NCBI GenBank assembly: GCA_964016885.1
Contig: OZ024743.1
Span: 219,294,001-219,358,000, forward strand
From: Eledone cirrhosa
Lineage: Eukaryota
Length of the DNA: 64,000 nucleotides
Direction: 5' to 3'
Shown in pieces: positions 25,381 through 37,219 of this stretch. The notes under the pieces were generated by a model. It did no database searches, was not told the DNA's origin, and saw nothing but the letters and a program-made list of their open reading frames with translations. The position numbers were made by a program, and so were the translations under genes. Positions within the stretch are counted from its first letter, which is position 1; each line of letters opens with the position of its first letter.

Positions 25381-25431
25381 TATCTATATCTATCTATATA
25401 TATGGGCAATATCTATCTATCTATCTATGTC

Positions 25432-26235
25432 ATGATCAAACCGCCACCCTCCTTCAAAAACGAAGGAGAGGCGGTTTTCCTTTGTGTGAAAGCTATGGCG
25501 AAAGAGGTTGTTTGGTGGACAAGGTTGAAAGGGCTGAGGTCAGACACCTTTCTCTCTGGCCAACAACTGATTCTTTTTTTCAAATACCACTTCGGAAGAA
25601 GAATCAGGATGGAGAGAGAGGTGCTGTGCCCCAGCAAGTTTTATGAAAGGTGGGTGAAAGTGGCGAGAATGGCCCGAGTGAATGGGCCTTCTCTCTATAT
25701 CAGCCTGTAGGTTGAGGAAAAGGAGGAGGAGAGGAAAGGAGTACAAACTCTTCGTACTCCTGGAGATGAGGGTTGTATATTTTTTCGGGGGTATGTGTTA
25801 CCCATATGAACTGTCTCCCCCTATTGGGGAAAATTGACTAATTTTTAAATTGCATTTGTGATAATATTTTATACATTTTTATTGTATGTAAACTTCCCCC
25901 TTTGTATTTGTCGCCTTCTTTTGTGCCCCTGTGGCTAATAAAGAAACATATCTATCTATCTATATATAAACCTGTAGGTTGAGGAAGATAAACAGAGGGA
26001 AGACAGGAACACCTACAAGACATGTTCCTGGTGTTGAGGGTTGTTCTATCCATGGGGTGTAAAACAACCCTGCAGTAACGTTCCCCCCTACTGGGGATTT
26101 CAATTGTTATTTTATTATATATAGTTTATTGTTATTTATTAATGTTAAAGTTATTTTTATGTAAAACCCTCGCCGTCACGTCTTGTAATGTCCCATTTTT
26201 CTACGCCCCTGTGGCAAATAAAGAAAGATATCTAT
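25432..26235 (+). mobile_element. Two tandem 3' fragments of the same Tx1/L1-like family within (TATC)n
   Basis: KAMAKEVVWWTRLKGL...FYERWVKVARM coding. Two successive 3' ends gcccctgtggc(t/a)aataaagaaa at ~25925 and ~26205. Confidence 0.75.
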
Positions 26236-26704
26236 TTATATATATATACACATACATACAAAGATACATGCATAAAGATACATATATACATACTTACATA
26301 TATATAGATGTGTATATAAAAACATACATATACATATATAATATGCTTATATACAGCAATAAACATATGGATAGCTTCACTGCTGAAGAAAAATATATTT
26401 CATTTTTGTAACAGAATAAAATTTAAAAAAATTTATTTTTCTCTATTTTCCTCACTGAATATATCCCCGAGTTTATATTGCAACTATAAGAATGTCAGAC
26501 AGGGCTGTTTCAAGATCTCTTAATATTTTATTAGTGACACTCACTCAGAATGTACTGGCCTGAAATAGACTATAGTTTATATAGAATTTTGTTTGATGAT
26601 CACTTGCTGTGAATACTCATTTGCATATAGCAAAACAGAAAACATTAACTGGAAGTGATCATTGGCATATAATGCTACCACCAATTAAATTTATATATTA
26701 AAAG

Positions 26705-27035
26705 CCCCCATTGGTCACTAATGGCCATGGCTTTGTACCTAGAAAGTTCTCTTCTGAGGTACAAGCCTGGGCAAGGTGTGTTTGTGGAAAACCAGCAGTC
26801 GCTCATCCATACCAGTCTTTCTTCTCCACACCACCGATGTTTTCCAGGGAAAGGCAATGGCTGATACAGCTTGGCACCAGTGACGTCGCAAATCATTTCT
26901 ATAGCTGAGTAAACTAGAGCAACATGAAATAAAATGTCTTGCTCAGAGACACAACGCATTACCTGGTCCAAGAATCAAACTCACAACCTCTCAATTGCAT
27001 ACCCAACGCTTTAACCACTAAGTCATGCACCTTCA
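26705..27035 (-). mobile_element. tRNA-derived SINE, family 2 (other copies 21080-21340, 28065-28340, 29050-29245, 34350-34475)
   Basis: Reverse complement has a tRNA-like head (tggttaa...gtttgattc) and the core tgtgtc.ttgagcaagacactttatttca..ttgctc.ag...actcagct. Confidence 0.78.
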
Positions 27036-27408
27036 CAAATGTTTATATGTATATATACACACACAGATAAGACAGCTTCCCTAATTAGCTGTGCTTGGGC
27101 TCTTTCTATCACTTTCATAATTTGGCCCATTATATTTGCAAAAATATCAGTATGCTCACTTCTGTTTACTTTTTTTATTACTTGTCTCACAAGCTATTTT
27201 TGATTACCAACTGTAAGGAGTACTCAATACTTTCCCTAGTCTGTTATGGCTTACTAGCTCTATACGGACGTTTAAATTAATTAAATAAATAAATAGGGCT
27301 AACAACTACCACAATAGCTAGATAGGCAGTCTGACACATGCATACACACATATACACACATACAGACACATACTTATACATACAAACATACTCATGCATA
27401 CATATAAA

Positions 27409-27609
27409 CAGGCATGTCAACCTGAGGGTTTCCTGAGGGCCACATGAGTCACATATCTGTTGTCTGAGGACCACAAACGACAACTAATTGTGCACATTAC
27501 AACAATTTTTTTAAATTTTATATTATGAAGATAAAACATTCCCGTGCTGTAAAAACTTTTGTGCGGGCCACAGGTGTGCTTGTAAAGGGTTGCATGTTTG
27601 ACATGTCTG
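27409..27609. mobile_element. hAT-type MITE with perfect 8-bp TSD (inverted sister copy at 23948-24134)
   Basis: TIRs caggcatgtcaa / ttgacatgtctg; TSD catataaa. Confidence 0.88.
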
Positions 27610-28884
27610 CATATAAACATACATTTTTTAAAATATGAGTAGTGATAGTATAGATTATTATCGTTTAGTATAAAATATTCTACCACACTCAACTCACTCA
27701 CTTCCACAGAGAAACCTATTTCTACACATCAAAATCAATAATTTTACTTTAAAAGTAGAAGTTTGTTCTTATTTCAGAAAAAAACATTATTTACTTTTGG
27801 CCACATATCAATATTTGAGAAAAAAAAAACAAATTGAAATTTCTGCCAACAGATGGTGTCTCTTTTTCATAAAACACACTGGATAGGGTTCACTGTACAA
27901 ACACATTAGTGAGAATATCTCTACAAGCAGGAGGAGATAGCCATCATATTTGGTGTTGTTATTTAGCTCCATGATAGCTGTGATCAAAGAGACCTATAAG
28001 CCAAGACGTTCTAGCTGTGGCAATCCCACCCTATTTTAATCAGTCCATCTAGGACCTGTGAAGCAACATGGCTAATTGATTAGGATGGTCAGATCGTGAT
28101 CGTGAGTTTGATTCCCAGAAGTGCATTGTGTCCTTGAGCAAGTCACTTTATTTCACATTGCTCTAGTCAACTCAACAGGCAAAACTAAGTTGTACCAGTG
28201 ATTCAAAGGGCCAGCCATATGACACACTATGTCATGCTGAATCATACTGATGACTGCATTAATGGAATACATGTCCAGGGAATGCTCAGCCACTTGCACG
28301 ATAATTTCATAAGCAAGTAGTTCCATTGATGAAGTAGTTGGAACAGATGATGTAATCTAGGAATCATACCGCATCGTCCTTCGCATGGGTTAACAAGGGA
28401 CACATTCAAGCCTTAGGTAGAGGGGCCTGTTTGAAAATTATATTGCAGTCTCCATTTCATGCTGTAAAAACAGGTAATGGGCCTGTGACCAGTCCTGGGA
28501 GATGTGGGAGGAATACACGAAGATTGCATATCCCGAGACCCCAAAGAGGGTTTGGAAGGCAGCAAACCTTGAGGACCACATCATCAAATATATTTCTCTT
28601 TTAAGATGTTAAGTAACAATTTGAGAGAGATATAGCTGCTATTTCTAGCAAGCTGACATACCATGTACAGGCTCCTTGATAGATCATCAATCAAAGTATA
28701 AACATTTGTTCTTAGTTTAAATTGCTTTAGTTAAATTCATAACTAAAACAAACACAGTTGACATTGGGTGAAAGAGGCAGGTGTAGTGGGTTGAGCCCTT
28801 TTACGTGCTTACTTGATCTGTTACAAATAGCAGCCATATATCAAATCACAGCATACCATTTTAAAGAGGAGGCATGTGTATCCA

Positions 28885-29025
28885 AGATACATTATCCTTA
28901 GTGAATAGGGTACATTATACATAATGAAAAGGGTACATTATACCTAGTGAAGAGGGTACATTATCCCTAGTGAAGAGGGTACATTGTATCTAGTGAAGAG
29001 GGTACATTGTATCTAGTGAAGAGGC
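28885..29025. repeat. 23-bp minisatellite, about 6 copies
   Basis: tagtgaagagggtacattatacc units. Confidence 0.85.
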
Positions 29026-29470
29026 TATATTATACATGTGTTAGGTTCACATGATTATGAGCTTGATTTTCCAGACTGGGTGATGGATTATGTCCTTGAG
29101 CAAGGCACCTCATTTCATGTTGATCTAGTTCACTCAATTGAAAATGTGTCCCCTGAAAATGAGGAGCAGTGACAACTTTTTGATTGACTGGTGTCTCATT
29201 TTGTACATTCAGTTGGTTGTAGCCCATAAAACTGGGATAAGCATGGGAAAATGAATGTAAAATGATAATTCAAAAAATGATCAAGGCTTAAATGTTATAA
29301 GTCTTTTCAATCAGAGTTAACCTGGGACTAAACAACAACAGATTCAGGAAAAAATTGCCATCACATTTTTTCCACTCATAGGTGAAGTACTATATAAAGT
29401 ATTTTCAACATCATAGATCAGTAGGGATAGAAATACATATTGTATATACTTGAAACTAAAAGAAAGCTGT

Positions 29471-29684
29471 TTAACCTTTTAGCATTTAAACCGGCCATAT
29501 CTGGCCAGAATTCTCTCACCTCTTTCTGTTCAAACCGGCTGTAACCTGTTGCTCATACTGATGTTAAGGTATGGTTCTCAAAATAAATAATATCAAAATC
29601 TGATAGATTCGATATTATGTGAGATAAAGCCTTTGCCATAAAAATACAATAGTATATAGAATAATGTAAATGGTAAAGGGTTAA
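29471..29684. mobile_element. piggyBac-type MITE (other copies ~942-1155 and ~21560-21775)
   Basis: TTAA-cctttt.gcattt ... aaatggtaaaggg-TTAA; three similar copies in the window. Confidence 0.8.
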
Positions 29685-29704
29685 TGAATATGTTCTGTTG
29701 GTGA

Positions 29705-30095
29705 TGACTTATGGAAGTGAGACGTGAACACTGAACACCACCACTGCAGAGACTCTTGCAGTGGCCCAAAGTAAAATAGAGCGAATCATGCTTAGCATTA
29801 CCTGATATGACAAGAAGAGCAACACCTGAATTTGACAGCAGACTTGCATGAAGGACATAACTGAGACCATGAAGAAGGGAAACATAGATGAAACATAGAC
29901 AACAGGTGGACTATTGGAATGGCTGAGTGGACACCAAGGCAGTGGAGAAGAACCAGAAGGAGAGCCAAAGGCCAGATGGCGCAATGATTGGATCCGATGC
30001 CTTGACCCTACATGGCCAAATATGGGTAGAGATAGGAGGTGCTGGAGGTTAACCAGGAAGGGGTTCCTCCAACAGGAGTGAGAAGGCCCCAGATT
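29705..30095 (+). mobile_element. Heavily decayed RTE-group LINE 3' fragment
   Basis: Remnant YGSET, LAVAQSKIERIMLSIT and RPKARWRND motifs with many stops. Confidence 0.6.
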
Positions 30096-30104
30096 TTGGA
30101 TTTT

Positions 30105-30305
30105 GGATACTTGAATATAAGCTGAGGAATATGGGACCAAAAATCGATGGTAAAATGGGGGGGGGGGGACTTATATTTGTGATTAATATTTTGATGATTT
30201 TCACCAACTTATAAACAAGATTTGGATTTTTGCCCATATCTTAGACATAAAACAGGAGGGGGTCAACTTATATTCTGATCAACTTATATTCAAGTATATA
30301 TGGTA
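30105..30305. mobile_element. Tigger/pogo-like MITE relic
   Basis: atacttgaatataag ... cttatattcaagtatatatggta inverted ends. Confidence 0.6.
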
Positions 30306-30859
30306 GATTATTGTGAGAAATTTGTAAAGTGACTGTCAATTGAATGGAAACAATATAGAGTAGAGAATACTCCAGTCATATTGAGCATATGACAACCTTT
30401 CTAGTGCTAGTACCATGATGAAATGTACACAATACACTTTTTAATGTGTTAGTGATTGTGCCACAATAAGATGTACCTAATATATTCTGTAAAGTGGTTG
30501 ACATTAGGAAGGGCATCCAACAGTAGGAACCAGGCCAAAATATGGAATGTATGAATAAGACATGGTTATCTGATCTGTCTTGTTTCAGACTGACAACCCA
30601 TGTAGCCCATTCCAACATACAATGATGACGATGAAGATGATGGTGATGATGATGATGATAATGGTGGCAGTGATGACGACGGTGATAAGGATGATGAAGA
30701 TGATGATGATGGTGGTGATGGTGGTGATCGTGATGATGATGATGATGATGAGGAAGAGGAGGAGGAGAAGCAGGATGAAAATGAGGAGGACACCGAAGGC
30801 AGTAGATGAGGGTGCTAATGTTTCAAGGAAACCTTATCTCTGGAGTAGAAATTTTTATA

Positions 30860-31512
30860 CAGAGGATGTCTAAAGGATGGAAAAAGATGAAGTAAGCATG
30901 CAGTTCAGGATGTGTCATGTTATTGTGCATGAATGTCAAAGCACAGATGAGTTGAGAGAAAAACTGGTCATAAGAGGAATCAAATGTTACATGCAAGAAA
31001 GAAGACTGCTGGTATCGAAATGTGATGCGTATGGACGATGAAAGTTGGGTAAAGCAGTGCCAAGAGTTCTAAGAGGAAGGAAGCTATAGAAGATGAAAAT
31101 CAAATATGGAATAGCAGATGTAAAAATGATGAAGATGATAATGGGGAAGATGAGGGTGCTGATATTTTGAAGAAAAAATGCACAGTCCATACTGTAAAGT
31201 GGTTGCGTTGGTGTAATGACAAAAAGGGCCCAATCCACATTGTAAAGTGGTTGTGTTGGTGTCATGACAAAACATGCCCATTCCACACTATAAAGTGGTC
31301 ATTTTGGTGCCGGTAAAAAGAACCCAGTCTACACTGTAAATGTGGTTGGTGGTAGGAAGGGCATCCAGCCATAGAAATCAAACCAAAATCAGTCCTGTAT
31401 GAGCAATACATGGTCACCTGATCTGACTTGTCTCACAATGTGACAACATGTCTAACCCATGCTAAAGTGGAAAAATGAACGTTAAATGGTGATGATGATG
31501 ATAATAATGATG
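30860..31512 (+). mobile_element. Degenerate RTE 3' region with about five tandem ~45-bp 3' UTR units and a (GAT)n tail
   Basis: Decayed RT C-terminal sequence, repeated cccagtccacactgtaaagtgg-like units, aggaagggcatcc, and a tail at ~31490. Similar short pieces lie at 30400-30620, 34770-35025 (+) and 35245-35640 (-). Confidence 0.7.
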
Positions 31513-34500
31513 ATCCTCATTGAAGAGAACAAAATGTATCATTCTGAAAAAGGGTTTTTTTCTTGAAACATCAGTACGTACATCTCCATACAGCATACAA
31601 ACTTAACTAAATTTGAAAAATTTACTTAACAAATTTTTGTTTGTGGTTACTTGACCTGCTAGAAATAGCAGCCAAATATTCCGCAAATCAGTCTTCCAAC
31701 ATCTTAAGAAAGGAAGAACACATTGAATAACATACATTTACATACACTGTCTGAAAACCTCTAGCTGAGAAAATTCCTAAAAACCCAGTCAGAATAGTTT
31801 TTGAAAACACATGCGACAGAACCCATCCCTCTCCAGGTCTGATTAAGAATATTTCTTCCAGGAGAAAAAATGAGAAAGAATTATAGAGGAAGAATCGACC
31901 CCAGTATTAGATTGGTACTTTTTTTATTGACCTCAAAAGGATGAAAGGTAAAGTTAACCTTGGTGGGATTTGAACTCAGAGAAAAGAAAGCCAGAATGAA
32001 TACTATAAAGCACTGTATCTGATGTTCTAACAACTCTGTCAATTTACTGCCTTGTTATATGCTATATAAAGTGACAAAACAGTGTAAATGTCCAATGTGG
32101 ACACTGACACTATGTCCCTTACATCCATAGAGAATCAATTTGTTGGTAGGGGTGGGGGTGTTTATTATTATTTTTTTCTTATTTATATCAGGATACAGAT
32201 GTACAGGCAAGCTATTCTAAAATTTTATATAATATAAATAGTATCACAAAATGGAACAAAAGTGAATATAATGGTATATATGTATGTATTTCAAATGGCC
32301 ATTATAACTTTTACATGATGTAATTGTTTCAGGTTCAACACATGATATCATAGAAGATTACTTGACAAAGAAAATAGAAATAATAGAACTAATTAACAGT
32401 AGCACTAACACAGTGTGATTCATAGTAGAGGTGTATATCAAGGCATGTATGATATGTTTATGTATGAAAAAAAACAACATATATAAGTCTGGCCATGAAT
32501 ATTTTGAACTGTGGTCATGTCACAGCTATCTCAGTAGACACATGTTTCAGGATGTTTATCCATCTTCAGTGATGTTTACTCACTTGATACTAAGATAAGA
32601 ATATGCTTTAGCTTATATACCTTTTACAAAAAACACATCTACTGGCGATGCTTATTTGCATATAGTGTGAGCTTGGGGCATAATAGAGGTGTATATGAAG
32701 ACATATATGATATGTTTATGTATAATAGTTTTTGATTTAGACATAAGGCCAATAATTTTGGGAGTGGGGAAAGTTGATTATACCGACCCCAGTGCATTAC
32801 TGGTACATTATTTTACTGACCCCCCGTAAGGATAAAAGGCCAAGCTAACCTTAGCGGGGTTTGAACTCAGAATGGAAAGGGGGCATAGCTCTATGATATG
32901 AAGCATGGTAAACATATAAGCCTTGCTATTTTAAAACTAAAGATTCCTAGTTTATGTTCAGTTTAGTGTAATATCCAGGAATAAAAGACCTGGAGATGAT
33001 TGAAACATAGGGTAGAGTATTTATTTTTTATCTCTAAAAATAAGGTTAAATGTCTGAAAAATTAAAACCACATCATTCAGAAGTCTAATGTTTTAAAGAG
33101 GACTACGAGGAGAAGGATCTGGTGGAGAGGTTCAACAGAGTCACCCAATATATTCATTAGAACAGCCAAAAGTTTTCCAATGAACTCTGTACATTATTTA
33201 AAACACGTTATAACAACAAACATTTTAAGGCCATTTTCCATGCTACGAGGGTTGGCTGAAACATTCGTTGGCTGAATATGAAAGAGGGATGCTAGAGCAG
33301 TGAAATTTTGCATGCATTAATTTCAACTCTTCTTATTAAAAACTGCATTGTTTCCTTCCAGGGACTATGTTGAAAAATAAACCCCATTTGGTCATTTCAT
33401 GAGAGTATCTTGGTCAGCCTATGAACTTTTTATCCAATCTTCATAGAATAGAGGTTAAACTTGTCGTAGAGTATGAAAAGCTTCATATCCCACTGGGGGC
33501 CTTTTTGAGGCAATGTTTTATAAGCTGGATGCTTTTCCTGGTACCAACTCCTTTAGTTGCTTCTTAAGACACTGCAGGGATATGGTGTATCTATTCTAAT
33601 CAGGATACACACAACTTGTGGTAAATACCCAACAGTATAAATCTTAGTGAAAATAAAGACAGGAATATGATAGCCATAATGTAAATTAAACAGTGAAATT
33701 TGATACAAAATAAGACATATAATAGCCTTGACACAAACCCTGGCATTCAATAGCATATATCTGGCTGTTTAGGTTGAAAATAAACAAAAATGGGTAATCT
33801 AGACAATACTGATGATGTGACACTTCAAATATTACATTTAAGGAGCAGATAGCAGCTAAATCTCCCTCAAATCAAACAATTGTCTCCAAGAAAAGAAAAA
33901 CACATTGTGAATAATGTAATATAATTTTAGGTTAAACTGTCTGAATAAAAGATTGAATAGTCATGGTTGGAACACCTTTGGTTATAGGTGTGTCTACTGT
34001 ATATGGCTGACGTAAGACTAAAGAAGAAGAAGAAGAAGAAGAAGAACTGCATATACCTATAAAGCTGCATTGAAGAGAAAGATAGTAAATAATCGTTTTT
34101 ATATAAACATTCTGAGGAAGAAGAGAAGCATCCATAACTTTTTGTAGTCCAATACTGGTGGGAAAATTGGAGGAGTTATCCTCTGATTGGACACCAAGCC
34201 CAAATCATTTGCTAGATTTTGTCTATCACTAAAAAATGACAATTGACAAGTTACCTGAGTAAGGTGGAACTCATCAAATCAGACCAAGGAAACAATGTTT
34301 CCATTGGTTTTTCCATTGTTAATACTATCTACTAGTCACAACTCCTGGCAGAAAGAGCAACGTGAAATAAAGTGTCTTGCTCAAGGATATAATGCATTGC
34401 GTAGTCCAGGAATTGAACTCACAACCACATGATTGCTAATCCAATTCTCTAACCACTAAACCACTCACCTTCACTAAGAACAGGTACAATCTATGTGACA

Positions 34501-36126
34501 AGCTGCCACACAATTTCTTTCTGATGAATTTCCCTGACAATGTCTTGGTTGGCATAAAGCTATGGTAGAAAATACTTGCCCAAGGTACTGAGCAGTGATA
34601 CTGAACTTGGAATCAAGAAATTACAAAATCAACTTTGTATTGACATGGCTAAACTTGAGCAGGAACACATTAGAATTATATGTTCATAGGGGACAGTTTC
34701 AGACATTGAAATATTTTTATAGCTGAATATCTGGTTAGTCTACTGAATATAGTCTATTGATCTTGGTGCTACAGCAAAAAAACGCCCAGTTCACACTGTA
34801 AAGTGGTTGTGTTGGTGTCATGACAAAAAGCACCCAGTCCACACTGTAAATGTGGTTGGTGTTAAGAAGGGAATCCAGCTGTAGAAACCTAGCCAGAAAC
34901 AGTTCTGTATGAGAAAGACATAATCATCTGATCTGGCTTGTCTCACAATAGGACAACTCGTCTAACCATTGGCAGTGTGGAAAAATGGATGTTAAATAGT
35001 GATAATGATGAGGATGATAATGATGTCTGAGAGTAGATGGCAGGTTTACTTTGCATGCTACAATATATAAGATTCAAGTTGTCAAATACTAACCTGAAAT
35101 GTTTATTATATTGGTAAATATTTCCCAAAGTGGGCTCTTAGTAAGTATAGGTCTTAACAAGATAAGGTTCCTTTTAATAAAATTTAGGAAGAATTTATTA
35201 CATGTAATTTTTTATATGAATGATTTTTTTTCTTTAAAACATTTTTCATCATCATCATTGTTTTAACATCCATTTTCTCTGCTAGCAAGAGTCTACATAG
35301 ACCAAGTCAGTACTGAAGTGGTGGCTACTGACCTCTCAGACAAGCCAGGGATCTGTCGTCTCACTTATGTGTGGTCTCTCATTCTACTGAGTGCACAGGG
35401 GAGGTTGTCAACCCTTTGTTTGGTAAGCGTTCTACAGCTGGATGCCCTTCCTATCCCCAACCACTTTACAGCATGTACTGAATGCATTTATTCTGTAGAT
35501 CACCAACACTTGGGACTGTCATGCCTTGACATGACAGAAGGCTCCTCCCAACTCTTTGTTTGTCAAGCTTTCTATGGCTGGATGCCCTTCCTATCCTAAC
35601 CATTTTATAGCCTGCATTGGTTGCATTTATAGTGTAGATCATCAAACACTAGCAACTGTTTCATGTAATATCATAATGAAATTACAGTGGTGGAGATTGT
35701 CCTCCATGATATATAGGTAGGGGTTCTGTGATCTTTTGAAAATTGTATTAGGTTTTTGTGCATAAGCGTGTTGCTCTTAACATTTTTGGAGGTGCAGATG
35801 TTCAGAATTTTCTGATAAAAATAACTAATGTTCCAACAAAAATGACGAAATTTTTCAACAAGAACTTTTTGGGAGGTGCAACTGCCCCTCAAGTAATATG
35901 CCACTGGTTCTGTGACAAAACAGGTTTAAGAATCACCGACCGGTAATAATATCGAAATGAGGGCTTGGAAGGAGACAAAAATATGATCAGAGTAAAAAGA
36001 TGTTGAGATTGATATAAGATATTGTAATGGGGAAAAGTATGGATAATGTCATTAATAATTAGTACAATTAGTAGATTTAGTATTTAACATAGAAAAAGAA
36101 AAGAGAAAAAAGAGATAATTACTACC

Positions 36127-36158
<32 letters not shown>

Positions 36159-36241
36159 ATGGCGAAGTACAACATTCTCGACATTACACATATTCCAAAC
36201 AATAGTTATACTAGACATAAAGCATATTCTATAGAGCCAAT

Positions 36242-36329
<88 letters not shown>

Positions 36330-36514
36330 GAGAGAGAGGAATTAACCCCAGTAGTGGATTGGTACTTTTTTTTTATTGACCATGAAAGGATAAAAGACTA
36401 AGTAGATCTTAGTAGGATTTGAACTGAGAGAAGGCAGAGAGCTGGAATGAATACCACAAAACATTCTATCCAACATTCTAAGGAATCGGCCAATTCACTA
36501 CCTGACATGCCCTA

Positions 36515-36715
36515 TACGGGGCTCGGCTGAAAAGTTCGTAGGCTCACTATAAAAGAGTGATGCTAGAGCTGTGAAATCTTGCATGCATTAATTTCAACTC
36601 TTCTTATTAATAACTGCATTGTTCTTTCCAGGGACTATGTTGAAAAATAAACCTCATTTGGTCATTTCATGAGAGTATCTTGGTCAGCCTATGAATTTTT
36701 CAGCCAATGCTCATA
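36515..36715. mobile_element. ~200-bp mariner-type MITE (other copies 33244-33446 and 22111-22355)
   Basis: TIRs tac..gg...gctgaaaagttc.taggct / agcctatgaa.ttttcagc...ctc.ta with TA ends; multiple copies in the window. Confidence 0.8.
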
Positions 36716-36821
36716 TTATGTCAAGACAGTACAGAGATTTGGCTGTTAATTTCTAGCAGGTTGAGAGACCACATAGAGACTTTTTTAGTGGCCTGGTGTA
36801 TAACCAAGGGGGATGGAAATA

Positions 36822-37202
36822 AGTTTTCTTTCCAGGGACTATGTTGAAAAAGAAACCTCATTTGGTCATTCCATGAGAGTATCTTGGTCAGCCTATGAAT
36901 GAATGATGCTAGAGCTGTGAAATCTTACATGCATTAATTTCAACTCTTCTTATTAATAACTGTATTGTTTCTTTCCAGGACTATGTTGAAAAATAAACCT
37001 TATTTGGTTAATCCATGAGAGTATCTTGGCCTGCTTATGAAGGAGTGATGCTAGAGCTGTGAAATCTTACATGCATTAATTTCAAATCTTTTTATCAATA
37101 ACTGCATTGTTTCTTTCCAGGGACTAAGTTGAAAAATAAACCTCATTTGGTCATTCCATGAGTATCTTGGTCAGCCTATGAATTTTTCAGTCAACCCTCA
37201 TA
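36822..37202. repeat. Tandemly amplified internal segment of the same MITE
   Basis: Three ccagggactatgttgaaaaa...gagtatcttgg units ending in a right TIR. Confidence 0.8.
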
Positions 37203-37219
37203 AGAGTTCCATGACAAAA

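Noticed and set aside
31549-31575. Hammerhead-like ctgaaaa...gaaacatc
   Set aside because: The core is mutated (CUGAAAA) and the stems are weak.
32333-32418. Possible plus-strand terminal exon (ttgtttcag|..STHDIIEDYLTKK..*)
   Set aside because: Short, no recognisable homology and no linked upstream exon; indistinguishable from chance.
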